DNA of 64,000 bases, taken from Mobula hypostoma (lineage: Eukaryota). A model generated the notes under the pieces. The model had not been told where the DNA came from. It did no database searches and saw only the letters and a program-made list of their open reading frames with translations. Position numbers and translations under genes: made by a program. The first letter of the stretch is position 1; each line of letters opens with the position of its first letter. The DNA is taken from NCBI RefSeq assembly GCF_963921235.1, contig NC_086128.1, positions 10,106,001 to 10,170,000 on the forward strand, read 5' to 3'. Shown here one piece after another: positions 40,615 to 52,875 of this stretch.

Positions 40615-40870
40615 ATTCTAGATGAAAATGTAGGTAGTCTGATTAATAATTTTGCAGACAAAACAAAAATTGGTGGGCTTGTGGATGGTGAGGAAGGTTG
40701 TCAACAACATAGCAGGATATAGATCAATTAGAAATTTGGATACAAAATTACAGATGGAGTATAATCCAGAGAAGTGTGAGGTGTTGCAGTTTGGGAAGTC
40801 AAATGCAAGAGGGAAGTATACTGTAAATGACAGGACCCTCAGGAGGAGTGTTGTACAGAGGGTTCTTGTG
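40615..40870 (+). mobile_element. CR1 RT fragment
   Basis: FADKTKIGG; QMEYNPEKCEVLQFG. Confidence 0.75.
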
Positions 40871-41157
40871 TCTCAATGTGAGCTGGCAAACAACTGAACC
40901 CGGGTGCAGAGGAACGATTGACTCCCATGCAGAGACAGAAACAAAAGTTTATACAAAGGAATTCCAACAGAACATCGGTGGCTCAATCAAGCGATACTAT
41001 GAGATGAATCATTCTTAAAATGAGGACCCCACAAGAAGTGCTAATCGGTCGTCTGCTTTAAATAATCACAATACGTGGAGAACCCGTGCCAGTCAAAATA
41101 AGCCTAGCAAGATTCGACAGAAAGTACAAGGGCTCAATGGCTCTCATTAAGATAGTT

Positions 41158-42715
41158 AACATAAAAACATAGAAAACCTACAGCACAATACAGGCCCTTC
41201 AACCCACAATGCTGTGCCGAACATGTACTTATTTTAGAAATTACCTAGGGTTACCCACAGCCCTCTATTTTTCTAAGCTCCATGTACCTATCCAGGAGTC
41301 TCTTAAAAGACCCTATCGTTTCCACCTCCATCACCTTCGCTGGCAGCCCATTCCACGCACTCACCACTCTCTGCGTTAAAAACTTACCACTAACATCTCC
41401 TTAGTACCTACTTCCAAGCACCTTCAAACTATGCCCTCTCTTGCTAGCCATTTCAGCCCTGGGGAAAAGCTTCTCACTATTCACACGATCAATGCCTCTC
41501 ATTATCTTGTACACCTCTATCAAGTTACCTCTCACCCTCTGTCGTTCCAAGGAGAAAAGGCCGAGTTCACTCAACCTATTCTCATAAGGCATGCTCCCTA
41601 ATCTAGGCAACATCCTTGTAAATCTCCTCTGTACCCTCTCTGTAGTTTCCACATCCTTCCCATAGTGAGGTGACCAGAACTGAGCACAGTACTCCATATG
41701 GGGTCTAACCAGGGTCCTAAATAACTGTAACCTTACCTCAGCTCTTAAACTCAATCCCATGATTGATGAAGGCCAATACACCGTATGCTTTATTAACCAC
41801 AGAGTCAACCTGCGCAGCAGCTTTGAGTGTCCTATGGACTCGGGCCCCAGAATCCCTCTGATCCTCCACACTGCCAAGAGTCTTACCATTAATACTATAT
41901 TCTGCCATCATATTTGACCTACCAAAATGAACACTTATCTGGGTTGAACTCCATCTGCCACTTCTCAGTTTTGCATCCCATCGATGTCCCGCTGTAACCT
42001 CTGACAGCCCTCCACACTATCCACAACACCCCCAACCTTTGTGTCATCAGCATTTTTACTAACCCATCCCTCCACTTCCTCATCCAGGTCATTTATAAAA
42101 ATCACGAAGAGAAGGGGCCCCAGAACAGATCCCTGAGGCACACCACTGGTCACCGACCTCCATGCAGAATATGATTCATCTACACCCACTCTTTGCCTTC
42201 TGTGGGCAAGCCAGTTCTGGATCCACTAAGCAATGTCCCTGTGGATCTCATGCCTCCTTATTTTCTCAATAAGCCTTGCATGGGGTACCTTATCAAATGC
42301 CTTGCTGAAATCCATATACACTACATCTACAGCTCTACCTTCATCAACGTGTTTAGTCACATCCTCAAAAAATTCATTCAGGCTTGTAAGGCACGACCTA
42401 CCTTTGACAAAGCCATGCTGACTATTCCTAATCATATTATGCCTCTCCAAATGTTCATAAGTCCTGCCTCTCAGGATCCTCTCCATCAACTTACCAACCA
42501 CTGAAGTAAGACTCACTGGTCTATAATTTCCTGGGCTGTCCCTACTCCCTTTCTCGAATAAGGGAACAACATCCGCAACCCTCCAATCCTCCAGAACCTT
42601 TTCCGTCTCCATTGATGATGCAAAGATCATTGACAGAGGTTCAGCAATCCCCCCCCCTCGCCTCCCACAGTAGCCTGGGGTACATTTCGTCCGGTGCCGG
42701 TGACTTATCCAACTT
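41158..42715 (-). mobile_element. CR1 LINE, 5'-truncated
   Basis: PGNYRPVSLTS; SQHGF; [12 protein letters not shown]; [10 protein letters not shown]; (TTCTATG)-type tail. Confidence 0.93.
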
Positions 42716-43099
42716 GACTTACTAATGCCCAACTTGGGCTTCATGGTGGTTCCTTTCTCCAGCATTGGACCAAAGAGCAAAATTCCAGAGGTGAGGTGTG
42801 AGTGACAGCAAGGCAGCAGTTGATCAAGTGAGGCATTAGAGATCTTGTCAATCTTCCCAATGAACATCAAAGGGAAAACATTCCTTGTTTCCATGGTTCT
42901 TCATACACAAAGGAAGGTGGTTGTCACTGGAGGAAAACCAACCGTTTCTGGGGATATTAGTGCACAAATTATTCAAGGCGATGTCTTAGACACAAGATCT
43001 CAGCAACATTTAGGCATGAATTGAAAAGTAAAAGTGCCAACAAAAGACAGTCTGACCAATGCCATTCAATAGCATTACCACCACCAACATTATCAGCAA

Positions 43100-43895
43100 T
43101 ATCCAACAGCAGCTCCCCAACTGGGGGAAGGGGCGGAGAGATAAAAGGCAGATGGGGCTGGGTGAGGCAGCCTGTGGGTGAAATGTGTGGGTATTAGGTG
43201 GGTGGAAGTAGGAGGGGAGGGAATGAAAATGAGTGATGTGATTAATTGGAATGGGACAAAAATGTGAGGAATGGAAGAGGATTGTGGTGGGCAAACACAT
43301 TACAGGCGAAGATAACCTGAAATGAAAAACTCAGTGTCAGTACCATCGGGTTGTAGATAACCTAGGTGGGATACAAGGGTTGCTTCTCTAATTGGTGTTG
43401 GGCCTTAGTGTGGCTGTGGAGAAGGGGCAAGAACAGATAGCTTGTTGTGGGAAAGAGAGTTGAAATGAGTTTCCAGTTGAAATGGCTGTTAACTGGAAAC
43501 TCGGAATAGCTCCTACGGACAGAACACTGGTGCTCGGCAAATGAGTCACCCAGTCTGCACTTGGCCTTTGTGAGGTAGAGTAAACCACTTTGGGACACTG
43601 AGTGCAGCAGACAAGGTTGAAGGAGGTGCAGGTGGATCTCCTCCTCACCCGGGAGGGCAGTTTGTATGCCTGGGTGATGGTGAGGGATGAGGTGTAGGGG
43701 CAGGTGCAGGGGAAAGTACCAGGGAGTCAGGGATGGGTGGGTGGGGACCAGGATGTCCAGAGGGAGTGATCCCTGTGGGAGGGGGAACAGGGTGGGAGGG
43801 GAAGATATGGTTGGTGGTGGGATCACGTTGTAGCTGGTAGAAATGCCAAAGGATGATGTGCTGGTTGCGGAGGTTGGTGAGCACCAGGGTAACTT
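43100..43895 (-). mobile_element. Penelope-like element remnant (GIY-YIG region)
   Basis: HFYQLQRDPTTNHIFP; CTSFNLVCCTQC; GLLYLTKAKCRLGDSFAEH. Confidence 0.8.
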
Positions 43896-44060
43896 TAATA
43901 ACAGGAATTCTGTAGATGCTGGAAATTCAAGTAACACACATCAAAGTTGCTGGTGAACGCAGCAGGCCAGGCAGCATCTCTAGGAAGAGGTACAGTCGAC
44001 GTTTCAGGCTGAGACCCACTGCCTGGCCTGCTGCGTTCACCAGCAACTTTGATGTGTGTT
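43896..44060 (-). mobile_element. Young short Penelope-derived insertion with an inverted terminus and a 13-bp TSD
   Basis: TSD ACCAGGGTAACTT at 43883-43895 and 44061-44073; perfect 44-bp inverted repeat at 43931-43974 and 44019-44062. Confidence 0.9.
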
Positions 44061-44504
44061 ACCAGGGTAACTTCGTCTCTTTTCTATCAGGATGGAGGTG
44101 AGTTCGGTGTTTCTCCATTATTTCTCTCTTTCTCAGTTCTGACAAAGGGTCCCGGCCTGGACCTGAAGCCTAAAATGCTTCACTTTTCACAGATGCTGCC
44201 AACCTGCTGGTTGTTTCCATTATTTCTTGATTTTATTTAAGATTTTAGGCATCTGCAGTTTTTTTTTTGGGATGTTCATGGGCTGTTGGCATTGGCGACG
44301 TATTTCACCCTCAGTTATCCGGAGGGAAAAGAAACACTGCAAACTGTGGCAAGCAAGTACTTCTGTGGATAGGTGCAAGGTTCAGGTTTTGGACCCAGTG
44401 ACAAGAAAATCATGGTTAGAGTGTGAGGGAAGAGTATGAAGTTCTTTCAACTACTTCTATGGTTTTCTGTATTTTTTGGCTATCTGGAGAAGACAAATCT
44501 TAGA

Positions 44505-45041
44505 GTTAGCATCCACCTTATTAGATACAGGAGTGGAACCCAGTGCGGTCTTCTGCTGCTGTAGCCCATCTATTTCAAGGTTCAACGTGTCATGCATTCA
44601 GAGATGCTCTTCTGCACACCACTGTTGTAACGTGTGGTTATTTGAGTTACTGTCACCTTCCTGTCAGCTTGAACCAGTCTGGCCATTCTCCTCTGACCTC
44701 TCTCATTAACAAGGCATTTTCACCCACAGAACTACCACTCACTGTATGTTTTTTTTTGTTTTTCACAGCATTTTCTGTAAACTCTAGAGTCGGTTGTGCA
44801 TAACAATCCCAGGAAATCTGCAGTTTCTGAAATACTCAAACCACTCCATCTAGAACCAACAGTCATTCCACCATTAAAGTCACTTAGACCACATTTCTTT
44901 CCCACTCTGATGTTTGGTCTGAACAACATCTGAACCTCTTGGCCTTACCTGCATGAGTGGCTGCCACATGGTTGGCTAACTAGATGTTTGCATTAATGAG
45001 CAGGGTACCAGTGTACCTAACAGAATGGCCACTGAATGTAG
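44505..45041 (-). mobile_element. Internally deleted Tc1-family DNA transposon
   Basis: GKKCGLSDFNGGMTVGSRWSGLSISETADFLG..SRVYRK matches a Tc1 paired-like HTH; degenerate TIRs CCACCTTATTAGATACA / TGTACCTAACAGAATGG. Confidence 0.8.
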
Positions 45042-45059
45042 AGTCTCATGTGCCAATTG

Positions 45060-45640
45060 CCCTTCAAATTTTAGGTGATGGTGCTAACAGATTTGGGTGG
45101 TACTATTGAAGAAGGCTTGGGAACTCGATTCAGTGTGCCTTGTGGAATGCACTGTGCACTGGTGGTGGAGTGAGTGAATAACTGGGGTGATTGATGGTGT
45201 GCTAATCTGGCACGCTGCTTCATCACGAATGGCATTGAACTCCCTGACAGTTGTTGGGGCTGCACTCACCCAGGCACGCGGAGAGAATGCCATTGCATCT
45301 TTCAATAGTGGCAATGCTTTGGGGAGCGAAGAGATGAAATCACTTGTCATAGCTGCCAGCATGATGTTGTCACCATAATCATTATCTGGTTGGTTCGGTT
45401 AAGTTTCAGACCATGCTGATTCAAAGGGTGTTAATGAGAGCCAGCTGATGGCTGTGAATGCTCTTGAATGTCAAGAGAGGTAATTATAACGACACACAGG
45501 ATGCAGGCATCACCTTTCGTGTGCTAATGTTATTTCACATTCATCCTCCTAGCCCTGGGTCACAGGTTGTGGCACTGAACAGTGGAACGATGAATGCAAC
45601 TCAAGACCATGGTCACCAGCAATATCTCATCCTCTGGTAG
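45060..45640 (-). mobile_element. Ancient CR1-group LINE remnant
   Basis: SPRAWVSAAPTTVREFNAIRDEAACQI...IHSLHHQCTV. Confidence 0.6.
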
Positions 45641-46089
45641 TAATTGAAAGAAGACATGCTCGGGCCTCCAGCAACAACCAGCATCACGCCTTGTGCAATT
45701 CTTTAAAAAACTCATCTGCTCTGTATGGAAAGTGTAAATGGAGAGAGGTGAGAGCAGTTGGAGATGGGAAAAATACTGTGCTCTTGTGCAATGGCTGCTT
45801 CAGTTTTCTAGTCACATCTCTAGCATCTATACAAAGCTGTGTCATTGGAATGGATTGGCTAGGCTTTCCAGCTCAGCTCAGTCCACAGACAAACCCCTCC
45901 CTACATACGTAGCAGGTGTTGCACTGTAGAGAGTGGGTGACTACCAATTCTTTCCAATGCATCGCCAAAGTTTTTCTCGAACGATGTGTTGGAGTGTCCC
46001 ACCCTAGAGATCAGTCTAGATTCAGCAGCATGAACAATGGCCCAGGATCCAGGTGGGAATGTGAGTCCATTCTTCCAGAACTTGCCAAC

Positions 46090-46880
46090 ACCGTAAGACC
46101 AGAAGACATAGAAGCAAAATTAGCCCATTCGGCCCATTAAGTCTGCTCCACCACCTCCATCATGGTTGGTCCATCATCCCTCTCAGTACCATTCTCCTGC
46201 CTTTTCTCTGTACCCTTTGATAACCTGACCACCCTCTGGCTAAAGAAAATTATCCTCATCGCTGTTCTAAATGGACGTCCTTGTATTCTGAGGCTGTGCC
46301 CTCTGGACCTAGACTCCCTCACTATAGGAAACATTCTTTCCACATCCACTCTATTCGGACCTTTTAGTAGTCGATAGATTTCCATTAGATCTCCCCTCAC
46401 CTTTCTAAACTCTCATGAGTACAAGCCCTAAACTATCAAACACTCGATCATATGGTAACCCTTTCAGTCCTGGGATCATCCTCGTGAACCTCCTATGCTA
46501 GCACATCTTTTCTTAGATGAGGGGCCCGATTTGCGGGAGGAAGTATCTCAGTATACATACTTAGATAACAAAAGTACTCTGAAACTTTGAGAACTGCTCA
46601 CAATACTCCAAGTGTGGTCTGACCAGTGCCTTATAAAGCCTCAGCATCACATCCTCGCTCTTAAACTCGAGTCCTCTCAAAATCAATGCCAACATTGCAT
46701 TTGCCTTCCCTACCATTGGTTCAACCTGCAAAATTAACCTTCAGGGAATCCTGTACGAGGACTCCCAAGTCCCTTTGCACCTCAGATTTTGGATTTCCTC
46801 CCCATTTAAAAGATAGTCCGTGCCTTCATTCCTTGTGTCAAAGTGCGTGACCATGCACCTCCCTAGATTATATTTCATCT
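46090..46880 (-). mobile_element. CR1 3' fragment
   Basis: RGDLMEIYRLLKG; RGHSLRI; FFSQRVV; CR1 tail. Confidence 0.88.
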
Positions 46881-47919
46881 CACCCCAATGCATCCCTCAG
46901 TGCACTGCATGCACAGCTGGATTACTGTCATAGGGAGGCAGACTGAAAAATCCTGCTGGCAATATTGGGTGGAATGTTGCTCCAGCTTGGGGAGGGGCTA
47001 GAGCTGTGAGGGAGGGAGGGGTTTTCAGGAGGCCAAAACCTGCCAAAGATCCCTTAATCAAGAACAGGACTGTGGCCAGAATGATGTCTGGTCTATCAGT
47101 GGAGCCATTCTCCTTTTTCGTCATCTAATCTCTGCTGGATGTGGTGTGTTCTGTGACCTGCATACACCCCTCCAACACCATCCCCTCCCCACACCCCTTC
47201 AATTCTTCATATCAGCCCTTTGCATGATCCCAAACTTGGCCTCCCCTCAACATTCTTCCCTTCCAACAGAACCCAATACTCCGTACAATCCTTTCAATGC
47301 AGACTTTATTGGCTGATTTTATTGGCTGCTTATTAGACTTCTATATCTGTACAGAATTCACTTGCTGGCGGCCACTGCAGACTGAACCTGCAAACTATGT
47401 CTCTCCGCTCCAACTCATTTTTGCTGCCTGAATCTTATTCACATTCACTTAATTTTCTTTAATAAGCCCCCATGTGATGCCTTGTCGAAGGACTTCCCAG
47501 TGCTCCCCACACATAGTGTGTCTACCATTAACCACGGCCCGGGAATTCCTCTGTGCAACACTGAAAGAAACAACGTTTCTTGTTGAGGATCACATTAACC
47601 ATTCTGGACACAGTTTACTCCTGAAGATAAGAAGGATGCCGTTTTGCTGAGAGAATGTTGTGTATCCCAGCACCAGGGCAGAGGAGCGGGAAATGGATTT
47701 CAAAAAGTGTGAGGTGCTGTCCAGATCCCCCAAATGATGTCAACAGTTGTGTGACACCAAAAACGCTTCTGTCGAGCTATGGAAAGAATCACAATTGCAG
47801 ACGTTCACCCACATAAGAAGTAGCCATTAATGACACTGAAGGATCAAACTAAACCTTTTTTAAGGTGTCAGACACAGATCTCCTGCAATGTAGACAGTGT
47901 GCCGAGCAACTGTCAGTCA

Positions 47920-48910
47920 AACTAAGCCAGTGACTAGTGGCGTGGTGCAGGGGTCGGTGCTGGGACCAGGTTATTTGTATAGATGACTTGTTTGCGAATG
48001 CTCAAGAATTGATCAGCAAGTTTGCAGATGAAATTGGGAGGGATTGTTGATAGTGAAGGTTATTGTAGGTTACAAGGAAAGTGGGCTGAGGAGTGGAAAA
48101 TGGATTTCAATACAGATCAGTGTGAGGTAATGCATTTTGGAAAGTCAAACCAGAACAAGATAGGGCACTAGGGAGTGTAAAGGAACAGGAAAAGGATCTG
48201 GAATATAAGTGCATTGTTCGTTGAAAGCAATGTCACAGGTAGATTGAGAGCTGAAAAAGGCATTTGCCGTGCTGGCCTTCATCAGTCAGAGTATTAAGCA
48301 CAGGAGCTGGGACACGAGGTTGCAGTTTTGTGAGTCATTGGTCAGGCCACATTTGGAGTGTTGTGTACAGTTTTGGCTGCCCTATTATAGGAAAGATTTT
48401 ATTAAACTGGAAAGAGTACAGAGAAAGTTTACAAAGATGTTGCCAGTCTAGGTCTTAATTTTACAGTCGACGTCTCGGCCCGAAACGTCAGCTGTACTCT
48501 TTTCCACAGATGCTGCCTGGCCCGCTGAGTTCCTCCAGCATTGCGTGTGTGTGTTGCCCGGATTTCCAGCATCTGCAGATTCTCTCGTTTTTAGGTCTTA
48601 ATTTTCCTTGGAACAGAGGAGAAGGAGGGGCAAACTTATAGAAATGCTGAGAGGCATAAGGAAGTTAAATGGTAACAGTCTTTTGCCATGGGAAGGGGAG
48701 TCCAAAATGAGGGAGCACAGATCTAGGGTGAGAGGGGAAAGATTTAAAAGGGGCTGGAGAGGAACTGTTTCACACTGAGGGTGGTGTGTATATGAAATGA
48801 TCTGCCAGAGGAAGTGGTTGGGACAGGAACAAAAGTTACCATCATTAAGAAGCACTTGAATAGGTAAATGGAGGGTTGGAACTCAGAGGGATATGGGCTG
48901 AACACAGGAC
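47920..48910 (+). mobile_element. CR1 RT fragment containing a nested Penelope-derived insertion
   Basis: VTSGVVQGSVLGP; RPHLECCVQFWLP. Confidence 0.85.
48463..48591 (+). mobile_element. Short Penelope-derived insertion with a 14-bp TSD
   Basis: TSD TAGGTCTTAATTTT at 48449-48462 and 48592-48605; begins with the inverted piece ACAGTCGACGT, then CTCGGCCCGAAACGTC. Confidence 0.88.
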
Positions 48911-49007
48911 ATAGAATATTTTTTGTTGACTGCTGATTTGAATGCTAATTACGCTTATTCCGCCTATTTTGTTATTTTGCTAATTTTGGTTACACTCATA
49001 TTACACT

Positions 49008-49337
49008 CGATGTTGGGGAAGTCCAGAACGAGGGGTCACAGTTTGAGGATAGAGGGGAAGCCTTTTAGGACCGAGATTAGGAAAAACTTCTTCACACAGA
49101 GAGTGGTGAATCTGTGGAATTCTCTGCCACAGGAAACTGTTGAGGCCAGTTCATTGGCTATATTTAAGAGGGAGTTAGATATGGCCCTTGTGGGTAAAGG
49201 AATCAGGGGGTATGGAGAGAAGGCTGGGGCGGGGTTCTGAGTTGGATGATCAGCCATGATCATAATAAATGGCGGTGCAGGCTCGAAGGGCCGAATGGCC
49301 TACTCCTGCACCTATTTTCTATGTTTCTATGTTTCTA
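49008..49337 (+). mobile_element. Young CR1 3' end (same subfamily as 62250-63630)
   Basis: Highly similar to 63308-63630; (TTTCTATG)n tail. Confidence 0.92.
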
Positions 49338-49759
49338 TATCTAATATAAGATTATTCATCTTTGCTGGTTTCGTAATAAAGGACTGAACGTATTTTTTTT
49401 CAATTTGGAACTCTAAAGGAAGCGCACCACACAGTATCGAGTCCTTTACTCAGTTTCTCAGTCGTTTTGGTTTGCTTTCACCTAGACAATCCTGACTGAC
49501 AGCACAAACCCAGGCAGTTACTGCAGGTTCCCTTCAGAATGGCTGGAAACGCTGGATAAAGCGATGTGGCTCCATGTTTATTGGACTGGAAACGGGAGAC
49601 GTCAGCCAGAACAGGTGACACCAGGAGGATGTGTAGGTTCCTCTGCCCACTGACAGGGCTCAGTCTCTTTCCTCCTTGTCAACATTCCCAGTGGCTGAGA
49701 GAGCTCCAGTTGTCTGTTGTTGTGCACCTTTGAGGGGGGGGGTCAGAGCTTACAATAAA

Positions 49760-50062
49760 AATCAGGTTTATTATCGCTGACCAATGCTGCGAAATGTGTT
49801 GTTTTGTGGCCACAGTACAGCACAAGACATAAAATATTACAATAAAAATAAATAAGGAATAGTGAGGTGGTATTCATGGGGCCATGGACCCATTCAGAAA
49901 TCTGATGGTAGATGTGAAGAAGCTGCTCCTAAAAAGTTGAGTGAGGATCTTCAAGCTCCTGTACCACCTCCTTGATGATCAGAGGGCATGTCCCATGTGG
50001 TGATGGTTCTTAATTATGAACGCCCCCTTCTTGAGGCACCACCTTTTGAAGACATCTAGAGG
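49760..50062 (-). mobile_element. Rex1/L2-type LINE 3' fragment
   Basis: Related to 53995-54210; begins TCAGGTTTATTATCGCTGA. Confidence 0.55.
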
Positions 50063-50064
50063 AT

Positions 50065-50570
50065 GTCTAAAGGAAGCCCAGAGGAGGTTCACCAGAATGA
50101 TTCAGACAATTAACAGGTTACTGTATGAGGAGTGTTTGATTGCTCTGGGCCTGTATTTGCTGGAGTTTAGAAGACTGGCGGGGGGGGGGGGTGGATCTCA
50201 TTGAAACCTATCAAATACTGAAAGACCGAAACAGAATGGATGTGGACAGGATGTTTCCCATGGTGGGGGAGTCTAGGACCAGAGGGCACAGCCTCAGAAC
50301 AGAGGAATGTCCATTTAGAATAGAGATGAGAAGGAATTTCTTTAACTAGGGAGTGGTGAATCTGTGGAATTCACTGCCACAGACAGGCGTGGTGTCCAAG
50401 CATACTTAAAGCAGAGGTTAATAGGTTGTTGGTTAGTCAGGGTGTCAAAGGTTACGGAGAGAAGGCAGGAGCATGGGGCTGAGAGGGATAACAAATCAGC
50501 CATGATGGAATGGTGGAGCAGACTCGATGGGCCAAGTGGCCTAATTCTGCTCCTATGCCTTATGGTCTCA
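50065..50570 (+). mobile_element. CR1 3' fragment
   Basis: QRRFTRMI; DLIETY; RGHSLR; CR1 tail. Confidence 0.88.
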
Positions 50571-51234
50571 TGCCCTCAGTGGCGGGGATGCTTGTGCTCC
50601 TCTACAGCCTCTTTCAATCCTGTGCATTAGTAGCCACTAACATCCAAAATCTGACCTCTGCTACCTGCTCATCCTGAAACAATTGGTGCTAAAGTCCGGC
50701 CCTCACCCTGACCACTCATATTGGCTAATCACTGTCTCTGCCTCTTCCTATTGGTCCAAGGAAGTTGAAGGCATTGCACACAGCAGTGGATGGAATCACG
50801 TGGGGAGGAGGACTGGATTAACCCAGGTTAGCAGGACCTCAGTGAACATCCTTCTACCGCTGTGGGACTCTGATCAGGGACAAGCTGCAATACCTCCTGT
50901 CTTGATGATTGAATAATTGCTATTGTTTCACACGTTCCTGCTTAGTATGGGAACAACAAATCAATGCACTGTCACGGTCGGTGCATTCAGTCTGGGGAAT
51001 GGACAGTGCTGAGGAACACTGCTGCCGCTGTAAAAGGTGTGTGCAGTAAGAGTGTGCTGAGCAGGGGCAGGTACGTGGAGCTTGCTCTGTTAAACAGGCA
51101 GGACTTGGTGTGGAGTCTGTCAATAATATACACTCAGGCTGTTGTCTTGGCTCTCCTCAGCTTGGCTCAGTTTAGTTCACGTAATAATATAACAACAGTA
51201 AGCCACACAGTCCCTCAAGCCTGTCCCATCATTT

Positions 51235-51885
51235 GCAGGTTGAGTCGGTGGTGAGGAAGGCAAATGCAATGCTAGCATTCATTTCAAGAGGACCAGAATG
51301 TAAAAGCAAGGATGTCATGTTGAAGCACTGGTGAGGCCTCACTTGGAGTATTGTGAGCAATTCTGGCCCTGTATCTAAGAAAGGATGTGCTGACATTGGA
51401 GACGATTCAAAGGAGGTTCACAAAAATGATTCTGGGATTGAATGGCTTGTCATATGATGAGCGTTTGATGGCTCTGGGTCTCCACTCACTGGAATTCAGA
51501 AGAATGAGGGGTAACCTCATTGAAACCTATCGAATGTTAAAGTAGACATGGAGAGGATGTTTCCTTCTATGGGGGAGTCTAAGATCAGAGGACACAGCCT
51601 CAGAATAGACCAATGTCCATTTCGAATGGACATGAGAAGGTACTTCTTTAGTTAGAGAGTGGTGAATCTGTGGAATTCTTTGCCACAGGCAGCTGTGGAG
51701 GCCAAGTCTTTATGTATATTTAAGGCAGAGGTTGATAGATTCTTGTTTACTCAAGACATGAAGGGATATTGAGGGAAGGCAGGAGATGGGGGCTAAGAGG
51801 AAAATAGATCAGCCATGATGAAATGGCAGAACAGACTCGATGGGCCAAATGGCCTAATTCTGCTCCTATACAATATGGTCTTATA
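51235..51885 (+). mobile_element. CR1 3' fragment
   Basis: ANAMLAFISRG; RPHLEYCEQFW; CR1 3' stem and tail. Confidence 0.88.
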
Positions 51886-52751
51886 CAATATGATCCTGGC
51901 CCAGGTCTCAGCTCCTCTCTGTTTCAGACCCAGTAACCCTTAATCTTTGAAAAATGTATCTCTTTCCTCAAATATCCCCAGCGATCCGGCCTCCACAACC
52001 CTTCAGGGAAGGCAGTTCAGCTTGGGATTGGCTCAGTTTGGGAGTGGCTGTGGTGGGTCAGGATTTAGTTTGCCCAGCCATTCTGTCGTCACACGGTGCA
52101 TCGGTTTCAGTGAGCTGGAAGACTGCAGGTAGACAGCCGGGTGAGGGGCCGGTGGTGGGCTCCCCATCACTAACGTCGGGCAGAGGCTCGGAGTGCTGAC
52201 TCTGCAGGACACTGGCCTTCGTCTTGCTTTATAATTGAACATTAAGTAACTCAATATATAAATATTTTTTCATCTATTTGTTGCAGTGGGCTTGGAGGAC
52301 CTCCACTTTCCTGTTTGCTCAGGGTCTCAGTAACCCGGAGCCCATCTCTGTCCATGGATAACACAGCACCTTCAGACAGCAGACCTTGTATCCAGAGACT
52401 TTGTACTCATTCTTACAGTGACATTTCCTTATTATTTAAAACTCTTCATGGGGTGATGATTTGCCTCAAAAATTAAGCTCTAATTATTTATCAGTCTTCT
52501 TAAAGCAGCCACCAAATGTTGCTCAGATGGCGAGATGCCTTGTCTCCATGGGGTTCTTATCCCTCTGAGTGATGGGTTAGTGGGTTGCCTGTTGCTCCAT
52601 TTCTGGTGGAAGTTACACTTGATGTTGTTGCTGCCGTCTATGCTGTTGTATCAGTTGTGGCAAGCACTGGATCTGCTTATATCTGGCCCGCTTGTCCGTC
52701 TCATGCTCATTGACATATGATCCTGGGTATCAAGTTTATCAGTGACACAAG

Positions 52752-52875
52752 GGATGCTGCAGATGCTGAAAATCTTGAGCAATGCTGGACGAACTCAGCC
52801 AGTCAGGCAGTATCTATGGAGGGAATAAGCAGTCAATTAACCTTTCAGAGACTCTCCGAGACTCTTCATCAGGAC
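52752..52875 (-). mobile_element. Short Penelope pLTR-derived repeat with hammerhead core boxes
   Basis: Minus strand GTC-CTGATGA-AGAGTCTCGGAGAGTCTCT-GAAA-GGTTA..GAC plus the family tail. Confidence 0.7.
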
